A stretch of 64,000 bases of DNA, from contig JBBQFN010000017.1 in the NCBI GenBank assembly GCA_038321985.1, positions 1 to 64,000 on the forward strand. The letters run 5' to 3'. The DNA comes from Cyanophyceae cyanobacterium. Its GTDB lineage: Bacteria > Cyanobacteriota > Cyanobacteriia > Cyanobacteriales > Laspinemataceae. The translations under genes and the position numbers were made by a program. Numbering within the stretch: position 1 is the stretch's first letter; the number at the start of each line of letters is the position of its first letter. The notes beneath the pieces were generated by a model. It worked only from the letters and a program-made list of their open reading frames with translations. It had not been told where the DNA came from and ran no database searches. This document shows positions 51,550-64,000 of the stretch, piece by piece.

Positions 51550-51931
51550 TTTTTTGTTGTATCAATTCAATTTTATAACCATTAGGGTCTTCCACGAAGG
51601 CGATCACCGTGGATCCGTGCTTCATCGGACCGGGTTCGCGGGTGACTTTGCCCCCTTGAGCTTTAATGCGATCGCAGGTGGCGTAAATATCATCCACACC
51701 TAGGGCAATATGACCATAGCCAGTCCCCAGCTCATAATGGTCGGTATCCCAGTTATAGGTAAGTTCGATCGCCGCTTCTTCCGATTCATCGCGATATCCC
51801 ACAAATGCCAAGGTGAATTTTCCCCCGGGATAGTCTTTTTGCCGCAATAGCTTCATGTTCAAAACGTTGCAGTAAAAGTCCAGGGATTTTTCCAGGTTGC
51901 CCACTCGCAACATCGTGTGTAAAATTCGCAT
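51542..51931 (-). CDS. gloA: Lactoylglutathione lyase (glyoxalase I)
   Basis: [24 protein letters not shown] and [10 protein letters not shown] motifs. Confidence 0.97.
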   Translation of the reverse strand: MRILHTMLRVGNLEKSLDFYCNVLNMKLLRQKDYPGGKFTLAFVGYRDESEEAAIELTYNWDTDHYELGTGYGHIALGVDDIYATCDRIKAQGGKVTREPGPMKHGSTVIAFVEDPNGYKIELIQQKSS

Positions 51932-52219
51932 GGTTTCTCCAAGTTTCCTGACTTTCTCCTATTGTAAGGGGCCGATGCCTTGCAGTCGGGAAAGGGTTCA
52001 CATCCCCTAGGGGTGAGGGTTTACTCAATCCACTGGAGTAGGGCAACTGCTTGGGATCCTGATCGAGAAAATTTTTTAAATCTGAGCCTCAACCCTAGAG
52101 TTGGCTGTATCGTAAAACTTTGAGGCAATAATTTGCTTGATCTGGCTTGCCGGTGAGGCAAAACTCAAAAACTCACCGAGTTTCAGCCCAGTAATATCTG
52201 AAATTTCAGGGGAGACTGA

Positions 52220-53521
<1,302 letters not shown>

Positions 53522-53670
53522 TTCCCAGACAATGGCGGGGTTTTGAACCCCCGCCTATAGAGTCACGAAATGAGGCGTTTCTACCTCAGTTAAAACTTAT
53601 TAAATAAACTCAAAAATAGTAAGTTTAAAGAATAAAAATACCGATAATTTTAGAGGTTTATTTCATAAAT

Positions 53671-53707
53671 ATGAGGAGTAGGGAGCGAGACGCTCCCTAC
53701 TCCTCAT
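53671..53707. terminator. Hairpin between the convergent eno and argC genes
   Basis: ATGAGGAGTAGGGAGCG-AGA-CGCTCCCTACTCCTCAT, a 17-bp perfect stem. Confidence 0.7.
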
Positions 53708-53731
53708 AAAGCAGCCAGATTCTGTTAACCC

Positions 53732-54790
53732 TTATGGATAAAAACCCAGTTCCGGCAATCCAAGGGTTTCATCCCAACCCATCATAATATTTAGACATTG
53801 GATAGCTTGACCGGCTTGGCCTTTGAGTAAATTATCAATCGCCGAAATCACGATCGCGCGATCGGTGCGTTGGTCAATTTCTACGCCGATATAACACATA
53901 TTACTGTTCATCGCCCACTTAGTTTGCGGATAGACTCCCGCAGGAAGCACCCGCACCCAAGGACTATTGCGGTAAAATGCAGTATAAATGGTTACCAAAT
54001 CTTCGCGGACTAGACCGGGGTCCCGTAGTGTAGCGTAGACGGTGGATAAAATCCCCCGAACCATCGGCATCAGATGGGGGGTGAATTGGACCAAAATATC
54101 ATGTCCGGCGAGGTCGCTACCAATAGACTCGATTTCTGGGGTATGGCGATGATGCGCTACCCCATAAGCACAGACGGAATTATCAGCTTCGGCGAGTAAC
54201 AGGTTGGTTTTGGCTTGGCGTCCGCCCCCGGAAATGCCGGATTTAGCGTCAATGATGGCGCTGTTGGGGACAATCATGCCTTGTTTGAGGAGGGGGGCCA
54301 ACGCGAGGATACTGGCGGTGGGATAGCAACCGGGACAGCCGACGAGTTGGGCATCTTTAATGCGATCGCGGTATAATTCCGGCAAGCCATAGACAGCTTG
54401 GGCCGCAGTTTCACCATCGCTGCGATCGCCACCGTACCAATTTTTATAGGTTTCTAAATTACTAAATCGATAGTCGGCAGACAGATCGAGAACCTTACAG
54501 CCTTTTTCGAGTAATCGGGGTGCCATTTTGCAGGCTAAGCCATTGGGCAAGGACAGGAAAACCGCTTGACAGCGATCGGCGATCGCGTCAACATCCACTG
54601 GCTCAATCAGGAGGTCAGTCGCCTGACTCAGATGAGGATACAGATCGGAGAAGGGTTTACCCGCACTGCTATCGCCCCCTAAATAGACTAAATCCAGTTG
54701 GGGATGATCCCTAATTAGGCGAACCAGTTGCACGCCACCATATCCAGATGCTCCAACAATCCCCACGCGCATCGTTTCTAATTCACCCAT
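53732..54790 (-). CDS. argC: N-acetyl-gamma-glutamyl-phosphate reductase
   Basis: GASGYGG, DLSADYR, PGCYPT and [12 protein letters not shown] motifs; ATG at 54790. Confidence 0.97.
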   Translation of the reverse strand: MGELETMRVGIVGASGYGGVQLVRLIRDHPQLDLVYLGGDSSAGKPFSDLYPHLSQATDLLIEPVDVDAIADRCQAVFLSLPNGLACKMAPRLLEKGCKVLDLSADYRFSNLETYKNWYGGDRSDGETAAQAVYGLPELYRDRIKDAQLVGCPGCYPTASILALAPLLKQGMIVPNSAIIDAKSGISGGGRQAKTNLLLAEADNSVCAYGVAHHRHTPEIESIGSDLAGHDILVQFTPHLMPMVRGILSTVYATLRDPGLVREDLVTIYTAFYRNSPWVRVLPAGVYPQTKWAMNSNMCYIGVEIDQRTDRAIVISAIDNLLKGQAGQAIQCLNIMMGWDETLGLPELGFYP

Positions 54791-55051
54791 CACCTTACTC
54801 CACTCCAAATATAGAGAGCTAGAGCGGTCTTGATCGCTCTAGCTGTTGCATTCTAGTACCAAATGGTAAAAGCGATCGTACAAATCCCTACAGCTTATTT
54901 AGTTTCAAATGAGAATAACTGTGGGCTTCAGGGGAGGTTTTTTACAAATAGCCGGATTTAAGGAAACTCCCATCGCCATGAGGACCCCAGCGACCTATCC
55001 CTCCCCGGGTGAAGGAGAGGGGACTCGACGAGTTACAGGAGTTAGGATCGA

Positions 55052-55582
55052 CTAGCGATTGGGATACCAAAACATTCCTTTTATGCCCTCGGGATCCGAC
55101 ATAAATCCCAAGGTTCGGTAGAACTCAACCACATGAGGATCCGCAAACAAGGTGATATTGCTGATATCCTCACTCCGCAGACGCTTGATCGTGTAATTCA
55201 TCAGCGCCTTGCCTAACCCTTTCCCCTGGTATTCGGGATGAACCACGACATCCCAGATTGTGGCATTAAAAGCATGGTCGGAGGTGGCGCGAGAAAAGCC
55301 GATCAACCGACGGGTTTTCCCGCGCATTTCCCACATTGAAACCACTAGAAAACTATATTGAATTGCTTTTTTAACCTTACGCAGAGGGCGACGAGACCAG
55401 CCCACTGCATCACAGAGTTCTTCAAGTTCGTAAAGGTCGATATCTCGATCCGTACTGAAATAAACCCGAGGACTGCTACCGGGGCGATCGCTAATCCCGG
55501 CAGATTGATAACCCTCGATTTGCGCTCCGATCGGCGCAGAAGACGTATCAGAACCGCTAAATAAATTTTTCCAAAAACCCAT
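55052..55582 (-). CDS. ycf52: GNAT N-acetyltransferase, Ycf52/NSI-like
   Basis: [37 protein letters not shown] and GIKGMFWYP motifs. Confidence 0.85.
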   Translation of the reverse strand: MGFWKNLFSGSDTSSAPIGAQIEGYQSAGISDRPGSSPRVYFSTDRDIDLYELEELCDAVGWSRRPLRKVKKAIQYSFLVVSMWEMRGKTRRLIGFSRATSDHAFNATIWDVVVHPEYQGKGLGKALMNYTIKRLRSEDISNITLFADPHVVEFYRTLGFMSDPEGIKGMFWYPNR

Positions 55583-56304
55583 GAAGGTTTGGTTAGGGTA
55601 GTAAAACGGGGTGGACAAGCGCTATCCCCAACCGAGGATAAGCAGGGGTTAACAAGATTATGATCGACTTAAAAAAGGCCGATCGCCGCGTTCAACAAAC
55701 GGAAAATGCTGCCGGATAATGCAACTGAGTGGTTGACCCGTCTACGATTGTACCGTGGCAAGGGCGACTTACTCCCAATCCCACCTCAGATGCTCGCCCT
55801 GTAACGAAATAGTCGTGATCGAATCGTTGTGAATCCGCTAGCGCGATCGCCCTGGGGCTGGAGCCATCAGCCAGAGGCCATCGCAATCCCCCAGGGCGAT
55901 CGGCTTAGTGTCGCCCATGATGGCATTATGATTAATATAGCAACCTACCTCAGCCGAGTTGATGCACCCGCGTCTTTGATAGGCCCCAGATTGCAGTCGG
56001 GGTCTGATGCGACCCTGTACACCCCATTTGTCAGGACTAGCCGAGGGTCAACCCCTCCCCCTAGAGTAGCCTCGGCTTGAACCCGTCAAAAGGCCTCCCT
56101 TGGGTTGGAAAGATGCTTCTTTGCATTATCGTTGCGAGTCGTGCAGTTGCTCGTCCCGCACGGTATGACAGTTACAGCCTGGGTTGAAAAGGACGAAACT
56201 TTAATAGCTTTCGCCATCCGATAATCGTTCTATCGTAAAAACCCCGGGCTGCTGTCTTCCTTTGTGTTTTTGACAGGAGCAAGCGAGTTCTCCCACTCCC
56301 CAAT

Positions 56305-57030
56305 ATGGCACCGGGTTTAAAATCATCGACTATGGACCTGCTCAAACGCTTCAACCGAGCGTTTCCGCAGTTCTACGAACAATTTGTCAGCAGTGAAATT
56401 CAGCTCCAAAACCTCAAGTTAGCCTACCAGCTTTACCGAACTAAACAAGCGGTAATTGAACTCAGACCCGAAGGGACCAAAAGTGCGCTGCATTTTGCGT
56501 ACCGCAATCAATCCTTTCTGCTGAGCGATATTTTTGGGGTTCTGGCTGCCTACGGACTCACGATCCACAGTCTGAGTCTTTACGGCCAAATTTATCCACC
56601 GATGTTGGTGTTTATCAAGTTGGTGGTGTCTCGCGGCGGTAAAGCACTCACAGATAAGACCGCAGAAAATGTGTGTCGGGCGGTTCGTGAAGCCCTAGCG
56701 GGTCACTTTGAAGTAGAAGAAATGCTGGCGGTGGAATTCAATCTCGATGCCGGTTTAGAGGACGTGGAAACTGAGTTCTACGTCGATCCAGTTTTCCATC
56801 TTCCGGCCCTTCTGATTGAAGCCGATAACCAGCCGGGATTGTTCTATAAAGTGATGTACGCCATCTGGCAAGAGGATTTACTGGTCGTCAATGCGAACTT
56901 ACTGGTTTGGCGAGGACGAACCCGCCTGATTCTTTATTTACTAGGACCTAATGAAAGCCTGATTCCGGAATACCTCGGACAAAAAATTGCCGAAGGGGTG
57001 CGCCAGCGATTGCTCGGGAGGCGTTTTTAA
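56305..57030 (+). CDS. Conserved hypothetical protein with two ACT-like segments
   Basis: NQSFLLSDIFGVLAAYGLTIHS and DNQPGLFYKVMYAI resemble the ACT loop-helix pattern. Confidence 0.65.
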   Translation: MAPGLKSSTMDLLKRFNRAFPQFYEQFVSSEIQLQNLKLAYQLYRTKQAVIELRPEGTKSALHFAYRNQSFLLSDIFGVLAAYGLTIHSLSLYGQIYPPMLVFIKLVVSRGGKALTDKTAENVCRAVREALAGHFEVEEMLAVEFNLDAGLEDVETEFYVDPVFHLPALLIEADNQPGLFYKVMYAIWQEDLLVVNANLLVWRGRTRLILYLLGPNESLIPEYLGQKIAEGVRQRLLGRRF

Positions 57031-57232
57031 GCGGCAGCTCTAGCCCTCCCCCAGTCTATGAGACCTTGAGCCTTAATACTCAAGGGTTCGATTCAAGATT
57101 GAAGGAGGCTCCTTTGTCCCCCGTTATCCCGACGGTCCCCTTGGACCTTCTGTGTCGATCGCTGGCTTCTCCCACCCGGTGCGATCGCCTAAGTGATTGG
57201 ATTCAGACGACTTCTTCGCTCTTGATAACAAC

Positions 57233-58090
57233 ATGGAAACGATAGACATTCTGGGGGTCCCTCATGCTTATGAACTTACCGATCCCAGCCCCTCTCCCCA
57301 TGTTCTAGTTTTTATCCACGGTTGGCTCCTCAGTCGCCGCTATTGGCAACCCCTGATCGATCGCCTATCAGTCGATTATCAGTGCCTCTGTTATGACTTA
57401 CGTGGATTTGGGGATTCTCAACCCTATTCCCACCCGAAATCTCAGGTTCATAGGGGTTACACTCCCAGCGCCTATGCCCAAGACTTGGAAGTATTACTCG
57501 ACAAACTAAATATCTCTAGCGCGTGGCTGATCGGTCACTCCCTCGGCGGCAGTATCGCCCTGTGGGGGGCTTCTCAACTCCCCTCCAAGGTAAAAGGGGC
57601 GCTCTGCGTCAATTCGGGAGGGGGCATTTATATTAAAGAAGAATTTGAACGCTTTCGTTCGGCGGGACAGGTTTTTGTAAAAATGCGCCCCCGTTGGCTA
57701 GGCCACCTACCGGGCATTGATTGGTTATTTACCCGCGATAGTGTGGCCCGCCCCCTCCCTCGCCATTGGGCAAAGCAACGCCTGCTGGACTTCGTAATCG
57801 CTCACCCCGAGGCGGCTTTAGGAGCGTTGCTCGATTCGACTACGGAAGTAGAGGTGCATCAGCTTCCTCAGTTAGTCTCCCAGCTTACCCAGCCGGTTTA
57901 TTTCATCGCTGGCACCAAGGACAAGGTGATGGAACCGAAGTATGTTCGGCATTTAGCCAGTTTTCATGCCCTATTTGCAGGGGAGGGTATGAATGTGATT
58001 GAAATTCCCGAATGCGGTCACTTATCAATGGTGGAACAACCGGATCGGGTGGCGACTGAAATTCGCCAGATTCTCAGCAATCATGGTTAG
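57233..58090 (+). CDS. Alpha/beta fold hydrolase
   Basis: FIHGW, DLRGFG, GHSLGG and CGH motifs. Confidence 0.92.
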   Translation: METIDILGVPHAYELTDPSPSPHVLVFIHGWLLSRRYWQPLIDRLSVDYQCLCYDLRGFGDSQPYSHPKSQVHRGYTPSAYAQDLEVLLDKLNISSAWLIGHSLGGSIALWGASQLPSKVKGALCVNSGGGIYIKEEFERFRSAGQVFVKMRPRWLGHLPGIDWLFTRDSVARPLPRHWAKQRLLDFVIAHPEAALGALLDSTTEVEVHQLPQLVSQLTQPVYFIAGTKDKVMEPKYVRHLASFHALFAGEGMNVIEIPECGHLSMVEQPDRVATEIRQILSNHG

Positions 58091-58136
58091 GGGTGCCAAC
58101 CAACGGGGATGGTGACCCCCGTCGGTTTCTGGCAAT

Positions 58137-59177
58137 TTAATAATAAAGCTGGTTAGCGTCGGTTAAGGCCATCCGAGATTGAGCACCCAGGGTGAGGGGG
58201 CTGTGGTTGCCTCGGTTGAGGCGATCGGCAGCAGCACAGGCAATCATGGCGGCGTTGTCGGTGCAGTATTTTAAGGGGGGAAATAGCACTCGCAGGTTGT
58301 AAGCGGAGGCATCGGCAAGAAGCCGTTGCCGTAGGGCGCTATTAGCGGCGACTCCCCCCCCGACGACGATGGTATCCCGACTGCGATCGCGGGCGCAGGC
58401 GATAGCTCTTTTACTTAAGGCTCTAGCCACCGTATCCTGAAAACTGGCTGCAATATCTTTAACCGGGAGTTCCTCCCCGGTCGCTTTGAGTTTTTCCACC
58501 AAGCGCAGCACAGCAGTTTTTAATCCGCTAAAACTGGTGTCATAAGGATGATATCCCCCTTCAGGTCTGGAAATTTTCCCCTCGGGTAGCTTAAAAGCCT
58601 GGGCATTCCCTTCTTTAGCAAGGCGATCGATGATTGGCCCTCCCGGGTAACCCAGCTTTAACAGTCGCGCCACTTTATCAAAGGCTTCTCCTGCGGCATC
58701 ATCCCGAGTTTGTCCCAGGGTTTCATAAATGCCGCAATCTTGGACATCAATCAAGCTGGTGTGACCTCCGGAGACTAACAGGCAAATAAAGGGGGGTTCT
58801 AAGGTCGGTTCACTGAGGTAGGAGGCGTAGAGATGCCCTTCTAGGTGATGAATGCCTAGAAAGGGCTTTTGGTGCAGCATGGCGAGGGTTTTACCGGCGG
58901 TTAAGCCCACCAAGAGAGCACCGACGAGACCCGGTGCACAGGTGGCGGCGATGCCGTCAATGTCGGACCAATTGAGCTGGGCTTCTTCTAGGGCTTGGGC
59001 GATCGCCCCATCAATCACCTCTAAATGAGAGCGAGAGGCCACTTCCGGAACGACTCCCCCATACTGCTGATGGACAGCAATTTGAGAAGAAACAACGTTA
59101 CTCTTTACTTCACGATTCTTTACAATTGCTACCGCAGTTTCGTCACAACTTGTTTCAATTGCTAAAACGGTTGCCAT
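58137..59177 (-). CDS. tsaD: tRNA N6-adenosine threonylcarbamoyltransferase
   Basis: [25 protein letters not shown] and TDNAAMI motifs. Confidence 0.98.
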   Translation of the reverse strand: MATVLAIETSCDETAVAIVKNREVKSNVVSSQIAVHQQYGGVVPEVASRSHLEVIDGAIAQALEEAQLNWSDIDGIAATCAPGLVGALLVGLTAGKTLAMLHQKPFLGIHHLEGHLYASYLSEPTLEPPFICLLVSGGHTSLIDVQDCGIYETLGQTRDDAAGEAFDKVARLLKLGYPGGPIIDRLAKEGNAQAFKLPEGKISRPEGGYHPYDTSFSGLKTAVLRLVEKLKATGEELPVKDIAASFQDTVARALSKRAIACARDRSRDTIVVGGGVAANSALRQRLLADASAYNLRVLFPPLKYCTDNAAMIACAAADRLNRGNHSPLTLGAQSRMALTDANQLYY

Positions 59178-59465
59178 TGGTTGATAATTTTTGAAGTGAT
59201 GGGTTAGCTATTAGCTAGCTTAATCTTTACGAGGTTGTCTTAGCAGAGTATGATTTTCTGGAAGTTCCCAGAACTCGTCTGCTCTTACCCAATTCAGTTT
59301 GATCAGTGGCGATCGCCCTTATGTACTGGGGAGAATGACTTTAACCCGTCCTTCTGCCACAGACTGAGAAAAAGACCGCACAGATCGATAAACTAGATCC
59401 GGTAACAAAGCAGCCTCCGGTTTTGTTAACAATCTTGATGTTTCGTAACAAAAGGAAACAATTCT

Positions 59466-59954
59466 ATGGGACGATTGTTCGCGTTAGTTCTGACGATTTG
59501 CCTTTGGTTCAGCTTTGCCCCTGCTGCATCTGCTGACTTATACCAAAACCTCACTCCTTGCAGTGATACTCCGGCATTCGTCCAAAAGGCTAAGAATTCT
59601 ATTGCTAAAAACCCAGGCGCAAAAGCTCGGTTTGAAAAATATTCCAGCTTGTTATGTGGACCCGAAGGTTATCCTCATTTAATTGTGGATGGCAACTTGG
59701 CTCACGTTAATGAGTTTGGAATTCCCAGCCTGCTGTTTCTGTATATTGCAGGATGGATCGGCTGGGCTGGTCGTTCCTATATAATTGCCGCCCGTGACAG
59801 CGGCAAAGCTGAAGAAAAAGAAATTATCATTGACATTCCTTTGGCAATCAAATGTTCTCTGAGCAGTGCCGCTTGGCCCTTGGCCGCTTTGGGAGAATTT
59901 ACCACGGGTAAATTAACGGCCAAAAATAACGAGATTACTGTCTCACCCCGTTAG
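59466..59954 (+). CDS. psaF: Photosystem I subunit III
   Basis: [31 protein letters not shown] and EITVSPR motifs. Confidence 0.98.
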   Translation: MGRLFALVLTICLWFSFAPAASADLYQNLTPCSDTPAFVQKAKNSIAKNPGAKARFEKYSSLLCGPEGYPHLIVDGNLAHVNEFGIPSLLFLYIAGWIGWAGRSYIIAARDSGKAEEKEIIIDIPLAIKCSLSSAAWPLAALGEFTTGKLTAKNNEITVSPR

Positions 59955-59970
59955 AAAAGTTCAGTTGCCA

Positions 59971-60011
59971 AGATTTTAGATTTTAGAGGAATAACCTAAA
60001 ATCTAAAATCT
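59971..60011. repeat. Inverted heptamer (STRR-like) repeat between psaF and psaJ
   Basis: AGATTTTAGATTTTAG-N9-CTAAAATCTAAAATCT. Confidence 0.7.
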
Positions 60012-60047
60012 ACATATTAACCCCTGTTGAATTTAGGAGAAGCGTTC

Positions 60048-60173
60048 ATGGATTCTTTCGTTAAGTATCTGTCGCTCGGACCAGTGGTCTTAATCGTATG
60101 GTTGTCGTTGACGGCAACTCTCTTGATTGTCGCTAACAAGATCTATCCTGATGCCTTGGTTCCCCCTTTCTAA
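60048..60173 (+). CDS. psaJ: Photosystem I subunit IX (absent from the ORF track)
   Basis: 41 aa [48 protein letters not shown]; directly after psaF. Confidence 0.9.
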   Translation: MDSFVKYLSLGPVVLIVWLSLTATLLIVANKIYPDALVPPF

Positions 60174-60223
60174 GGGAGGCTAAAGACTTATCATTACCGG
60201 CAAACTGAGTCCGGCTTCAGTTT

Positions 60224-60270
60224 AAAAAAGCAGTGGCCTCTATTGAAATCAATAGAAGCCACTGCTTTTT
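60224..60270 (+). terminator. Terminator after psaFJ
   Basis: AAAAAGCAGTGGC-CTCTATTG...CAATAGAA-GCCACTGCTTTTT hairpin. Confidence 0.8.
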
Positions 60271-60543
60271 GATTAAGACTCTAGCTTCCCGGCTAAAAAC
60301 CCAATCTTTCGCGTTCAAATTCCCCCGAACCAGGGCGGGTATAAAAAAGATTAGAGCGCGTCTCAATCCGACAAATCTTCAATAGTTAAGAAGTGCTTTC
60401 GCCCCCGCATCACCGGAGTGAGAGCTTCTAATTTTCTATTGGGGTCAGGGAGCTAGAAGCTCTCACGTCTTGAAGAATTATCTCTTTGATTTAAACAGGC
60501 TATAGAGGCAAGAGGTTGATTAGAGGCGATCGCAATTAGGTAC

Positions 60544-61104
60544 TTAAGAAACCGGCGCAAACAACGCCGCCTCGATCGCCTCTAATGCCAGGTCAAAATT
60601 ATCATTAACAATGGCAATATCAAATTCACCCGCTGCGGCAATTTCCTCTTGAGCGCGAAGCAGACGACGGGCGATCGCCTCCTCGGAATCTTGAGCGCGA
60701 TCGCGAATTCGCCGTTCCAACTCCTCCGGTGACGGCGGTAAAATAAACAATTGCAGCGCCCCAGGAAAGGTTTCTCGAACTTGTCTGGCCCCTTCTAACT
60801 CAATTTCCAGCACCACTAACTTCCCTCCTGCGATCAGGGCTTCCACCGGGGTTCTAGGAGTCCCATAAAAATTGCCTGCAAACTCAGCCCATTCCAACAG
60901 TTGACCCGTTACAATCAGCTCTTGAAATTGCTCCCGGTTCACAAAATAATAATGTCGCCCCTCAATTTCTCCCTCCCGGGGAGTACGAGTAGTCACGGAT
61001 ATGGACAACTCCAATTGTGGGTGACGTGCCAACAGCGATCGTAGCAACGTTCCCTTCCCCACACCACTCGGACCTGTAAACACTATTAATTGACCCATCT
61101 GCAT
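60544..61104 (-). CDS. gmk: Guanylate kinase
   Basis: GPSGVGKGT, SVTTRTPR, YGT and LERRIRDR motifs; start at 61104 or 61098. Confidence 0.96.
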   Translation of the reverse strand: MQMGQLIVFTGPSGVGKGTLLRSLLARHPQLELSISVTTRTPREGEIEGRHYYFVNREQFQELIVTGQLLEWAEFAGNFYGTPRTPVEALIAGGKLVVLEIELEGARQVRETFPGALQLFILPPSPEELERRIRDRAQDSEEAIARRLLRAQEEIAAAGEFDIAIVNDNFDLALEAIEAALFAPVS

Positions 61105-61226
61105 AACTTCCCTAACAACTTGCTTGCCCAAAAAATTGCCCAGTCCCCTAAGCCCAGGGTAACCGACCGTTAAGTTACCAAAGCGCTTACCCATTCAGAA
61201 CACCGTCAATCCTTGCCCTAATTTGC

Positions 61227-61478
61227 TTAACTATCTTTGCTGGTAACGAACCGATTGGCAACCGTCTCCGGCTGAATTGAGGATAGAATGACATGGCTCG
61301 AATCCATAATAATCACCGCCCGAGTACGCCGTCCGTAGGTCGCATCAATCAGCCGATTCCCCTCCCGTGCCTCGCTGACAATCCGCTTGATGGGAGCTGA
61401 TTCCGGACTGACAATGGCAACAACTCGATTCGCACAAATGATATTGCCAAACCCGATATTAATAAGCTGAATATCCAT
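61227..61478 (-). CDS. remA: RemA/DUF370-family protein
   Basis: [14 protein letters not shown] and [13 protein letters not shown] motifs; upstream of gmk. Confidence 0.9.
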   Translation of the reverse strand: MDIQLINIGFGNIICANRVVAIVSPESAPIKRIVSEAREGNRLIDATYGRRTRAVIIMDSSHVILSSIQPETVANRFVTSKDS

Positions 61479-61895
61479 AAATAGGAAAGTCCTAGGGACG
61501 TAAAAAGTTTTTTTCTCAGATCATTTTGAACAATACAACCGGGAGAAGCCACGAGTTCTCGTTAGGGCGGACTCCGTAGAGGATTAGGTGGGGTCTCCAT
61601 CCAGAATTAAAGTGCAGGAAATGATACCCTAAATAGGGGCAGGGTCAGGATTCCCTGTTGCCCTCCCTCAAAGCCCTGGCTTTCAATCGGGTTAAGATTC
61701 ATGACTGATTCAAGACTCCTGCTTCGTTGACCCCGACTGCACTCTAATTTCCATAGTATCTACAAAAATTTGGGCCAACCCAACAACAGGCTTCACTTGC
61801 GGCGGTAATCAATGGATTTTTAAGGGGTTTGAGGTGCTTTTTCAGCTTTTGATGACTTTTTTTGTAAATTTACGGCTATTTTTGGACCATTTGCG

Positions 61896-63647
61896 ATGCA
61901 ACCTGTTGACTTAACGACCCTCATCGCTACCTATTGCGAGTTGCGAACCAGTTGGTTACCCGCACGACTCGAACAAGTTTATCAGCGCGATCGCCATACC
62001 ATTTTTTTAGCCCTACGAACCCTCACCGGGCGCGGATGGTTGGCGGTTTCCTGGCATCCCACCGCTGCCCGGTTGCATCTGAGTGACCCTCCTCCACGCA
62101 AGCCGGATACCTTCACCTTTAGCGACCAACTGCGCCATCAACTGGGGGGTTTAGCATTTGTGGCGATCGCCCCCGTCTCCCCTTGGGAACGCGCCCTTGA
62201 CCTCCAATTTGCCAAACGTCCGGGAGATCCGGTACTCTGGCATTTATATATAGAAATCATGGGCAAACGCAGTAACGCCATCCTCGCCAACGCTGACAAC
62301 CAAATTGTCACGGCTGCCCATCAGGTGAGTGAAAAGCAATCTAGCATCCGCCCCATCCTCACCGGCGCACCCTACGCCCTTCCGCCGGCCCTAATGGACC
62401 CCATCCCCAGTCTCAGCGAAACCCAATCTCGCTGGCAAGAACGGATTGCCCTGATTCCTGACGCCTTGGGACGGCAAATGCTTAAAAGTTATCAGGGTCT
62501 GAGTTCCCATCTGGTGAAAGCGGCGATCGCCTCTGCCGGACTCGACTTTGAACAATCCACCCACAGTCTGAGCCCAGAGGACTGGAACCGCCTCTTTGAC
62601 TCCTGGCAACAGTGGCTAAAATTTCTCCAAACCTGTCAAACTGGCGATTTATCCGCAATTTATCCCCATTGGACTGATACCGGATATCAAGTCATCAACT
62701 GGAATCACAACCCAGAACCTCCCGATTTCAAGTCTGTTCAAGACTTATTAAATCGCTACTATACGGACGAACTGAATCAGTTTGACTTTAAGCAACTGCG
62801 CCATCAACTCAGTCAAAAACTCGCTAATCTGCTGAATAAATTACGGTTCAAAGGACAGGGATTTGAAAACCGCTTGCAAGAATCTTCCGAAGCAGATGAA
62901 TATCGGGCAAAAGCGGATTTATTGATGGCAAACCTCCAGGAGTGGCAACCGGGGATGAAGGCGATCGCCCTTCCCGACTTTGAAACCGGCAAACCCGTCA
63001 CCATTCCCCTGGAGTTAGAAAAAAATGCCGTCCAAAATGCCCAATCCCTCTACAAACGCCACCAAAAACTCAAACGGGCGCGGGGTGCTGTAGAACCCTT
63101 ACTCGCCGCAGTCCGCCAGGAAATCGACTACTTAGAACAAATCGAAGTCGCCATTTCCCAAATCGACGACTACCGCGAACCAGCAGATTTACAAGCATTG
63201 GCTGAAATTCGCGAAGAGTTTATCCAGCAGGGATATCTCACCGACCCCGACTACAAGCGTCAAAACCAAGAATCTACCCCAGAGTTTTACCGCTTTGTCT
63301 CTCCCAGTGGCTTTGAACTGCTGATCGGGCGGAACAATCGCCAGAATGATGTGTTGAGTTTTCGGGTGGCGACGGATTATGACTTGTGGTTCCACACCCA
63401 GGAAATTGCCGGGAGTCATGGGTTGTTGCGCTTACCCCCGGGTTCTGTTGCTGATGAACCGGATTTACAATTTGCAGCGGACTTAACCGCTTACTATAGT
63501 CGCGCCCGTCACAGTGAGCAAGTCCCGGTGGTGTACACGGAACCGAAAAATGTTTATAAACCCAAGGGTGCAAAACCCGGAATGGTTATCTATAAACATG
63601 AGCGCATTATCTGGGGCTGTCCTCAGCATTTTACCCCTCCGGGTTAA
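61896..63647 (+). CDS. rqcH: Rqc2/RqcH (NFACT, FbpA-like) ribosome quality-control factor
   Basis: EIMGKRSN, NAQSLYK, GRNNRQND and WFHTQEIAGSH motifs. Confidence 0.9.
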   Translation: MQPVDLTTLIATYCELRTSWLPARLEQVYQRDRHTIFLALRTLTGRGWLAVSWHPTAARLHLSDPPPRKPDTFTFSDQLRHQLGGLAFVAIAPVSPWERALDLQFAKRPGDPVLWHLYIEIMGKRSNAILANADNQIVTAAHQVSEKQSSIRPILTGAPYALPPALMDPIPSLSETQSRWQERIALIPDALGRQMLKSYQGLSSHLVKAAIASAGLDFEQSTHSLSPEDWNRLFDSWQQWLKFLQTCQTGDLSAIYPHWTDTGYQVINWNHNPEPPDFKSVQDLLNRYYTDELNQFDFKQLRHQLSQKLANLLNKLRFKGQGFENRLQESSEADEYRAKADLLMANLQEWQPGMKAIALPDFETGKPVTIPLELEKNAVQNAQSLYKRHQKLKRARGAVEPLLAAVRQEIDYLEQIEVAISQIDDYREPADLQALAEIREEFIQQGYLTDPDYKRQNQESTPEFYRFVSPSGFELLIGRNNRQNDVLSFRVATDYDLWFHTQEIAGSHGLLRLPPGSVADEPDLQFAADLTAYYSRARHSEQVPVVYTEPKNVYKPKGAKPGMVIYKHERIIWGCPQHFTPPG

Positions 63648-64000
63648 TGTTTGATTATTGAAGTCAGTCGATTGAATAGAATTTACTGACCTATAGGGGA
63701 ATTTACGAAAGGAAGCGATCGTGTCTTCTGCTACAATACCGCTTGAGGAAAAGATTTAAGAATCCATCGCCCGCCGGTCTCACGGTTGGGAACGCGCAGT
63801 GAGGATTTCCTCGAAAAGAAACGACAACGCAAAGGGTATTTTTTATGGTGACCAGCAAGAATTCTTGCTGGTCTTTTTTTTATTTCTAGGCAGAAACCGG
63901 GTTTAGAGCCACCCACTTAGAGTCAGAAACCCGGGTGTCTTTCACAAATCTGTGCCAAGGTGATTGACAATTGCGCTTGTTCCGGATGATTACGGGGGGT

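Noticed and set aside
60418..60466. 13-bp inverted repeat between psaJ and gmk as an ncRNA
   Set aside because: More simply a 3' hairpin for the convergent gmk transcript.

Overview
Chromosomal window from a cyanobacterium. It is rich in HIP1 (GCGATCGC) and carries psaF/psaJ, glgB and hps genes; the repeat families and hps genes suggest a filamentous Oscillatoriales-type strain (inference). Most of the window is core genome: groES-groEL under CIRCE and K-box control, leuA, tRNA-His, an RluA-family synthase, ftsL-like/ftsI, glgB, rpmB, htpG, clpB, gloA, eno, argC, tsaD, psaF-psaJ, remA-gmk and rqcH. The central part holds a split gliding-motility polysaccharide (hps) locus: five minor-pilin genes (hpsA-D-like) and four GT2 glycosyltransferases. 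The glycosyltransferase operon ends in an O-acetylesterase and faces an MBOAT plus SGNH-like O-acyltransferase pair. The most unusual element is a NYN-domain/RNase III/dsRBD fusion gene (17323-18486, minus strand). About 100-200 nt upstream of it is a 25-bp stem that pairs best on the coding strand and is a candidate substrate or autoregulatory RNA. Intergenic regions carry nested REP/MITE-like repeats, including a tandemly duplicated CTAG-flanked MITE and a 56-bp perfect palindrome. No CRISPR array, rRNA or intact transposase was seen. All calls were made by eye, without database searches.
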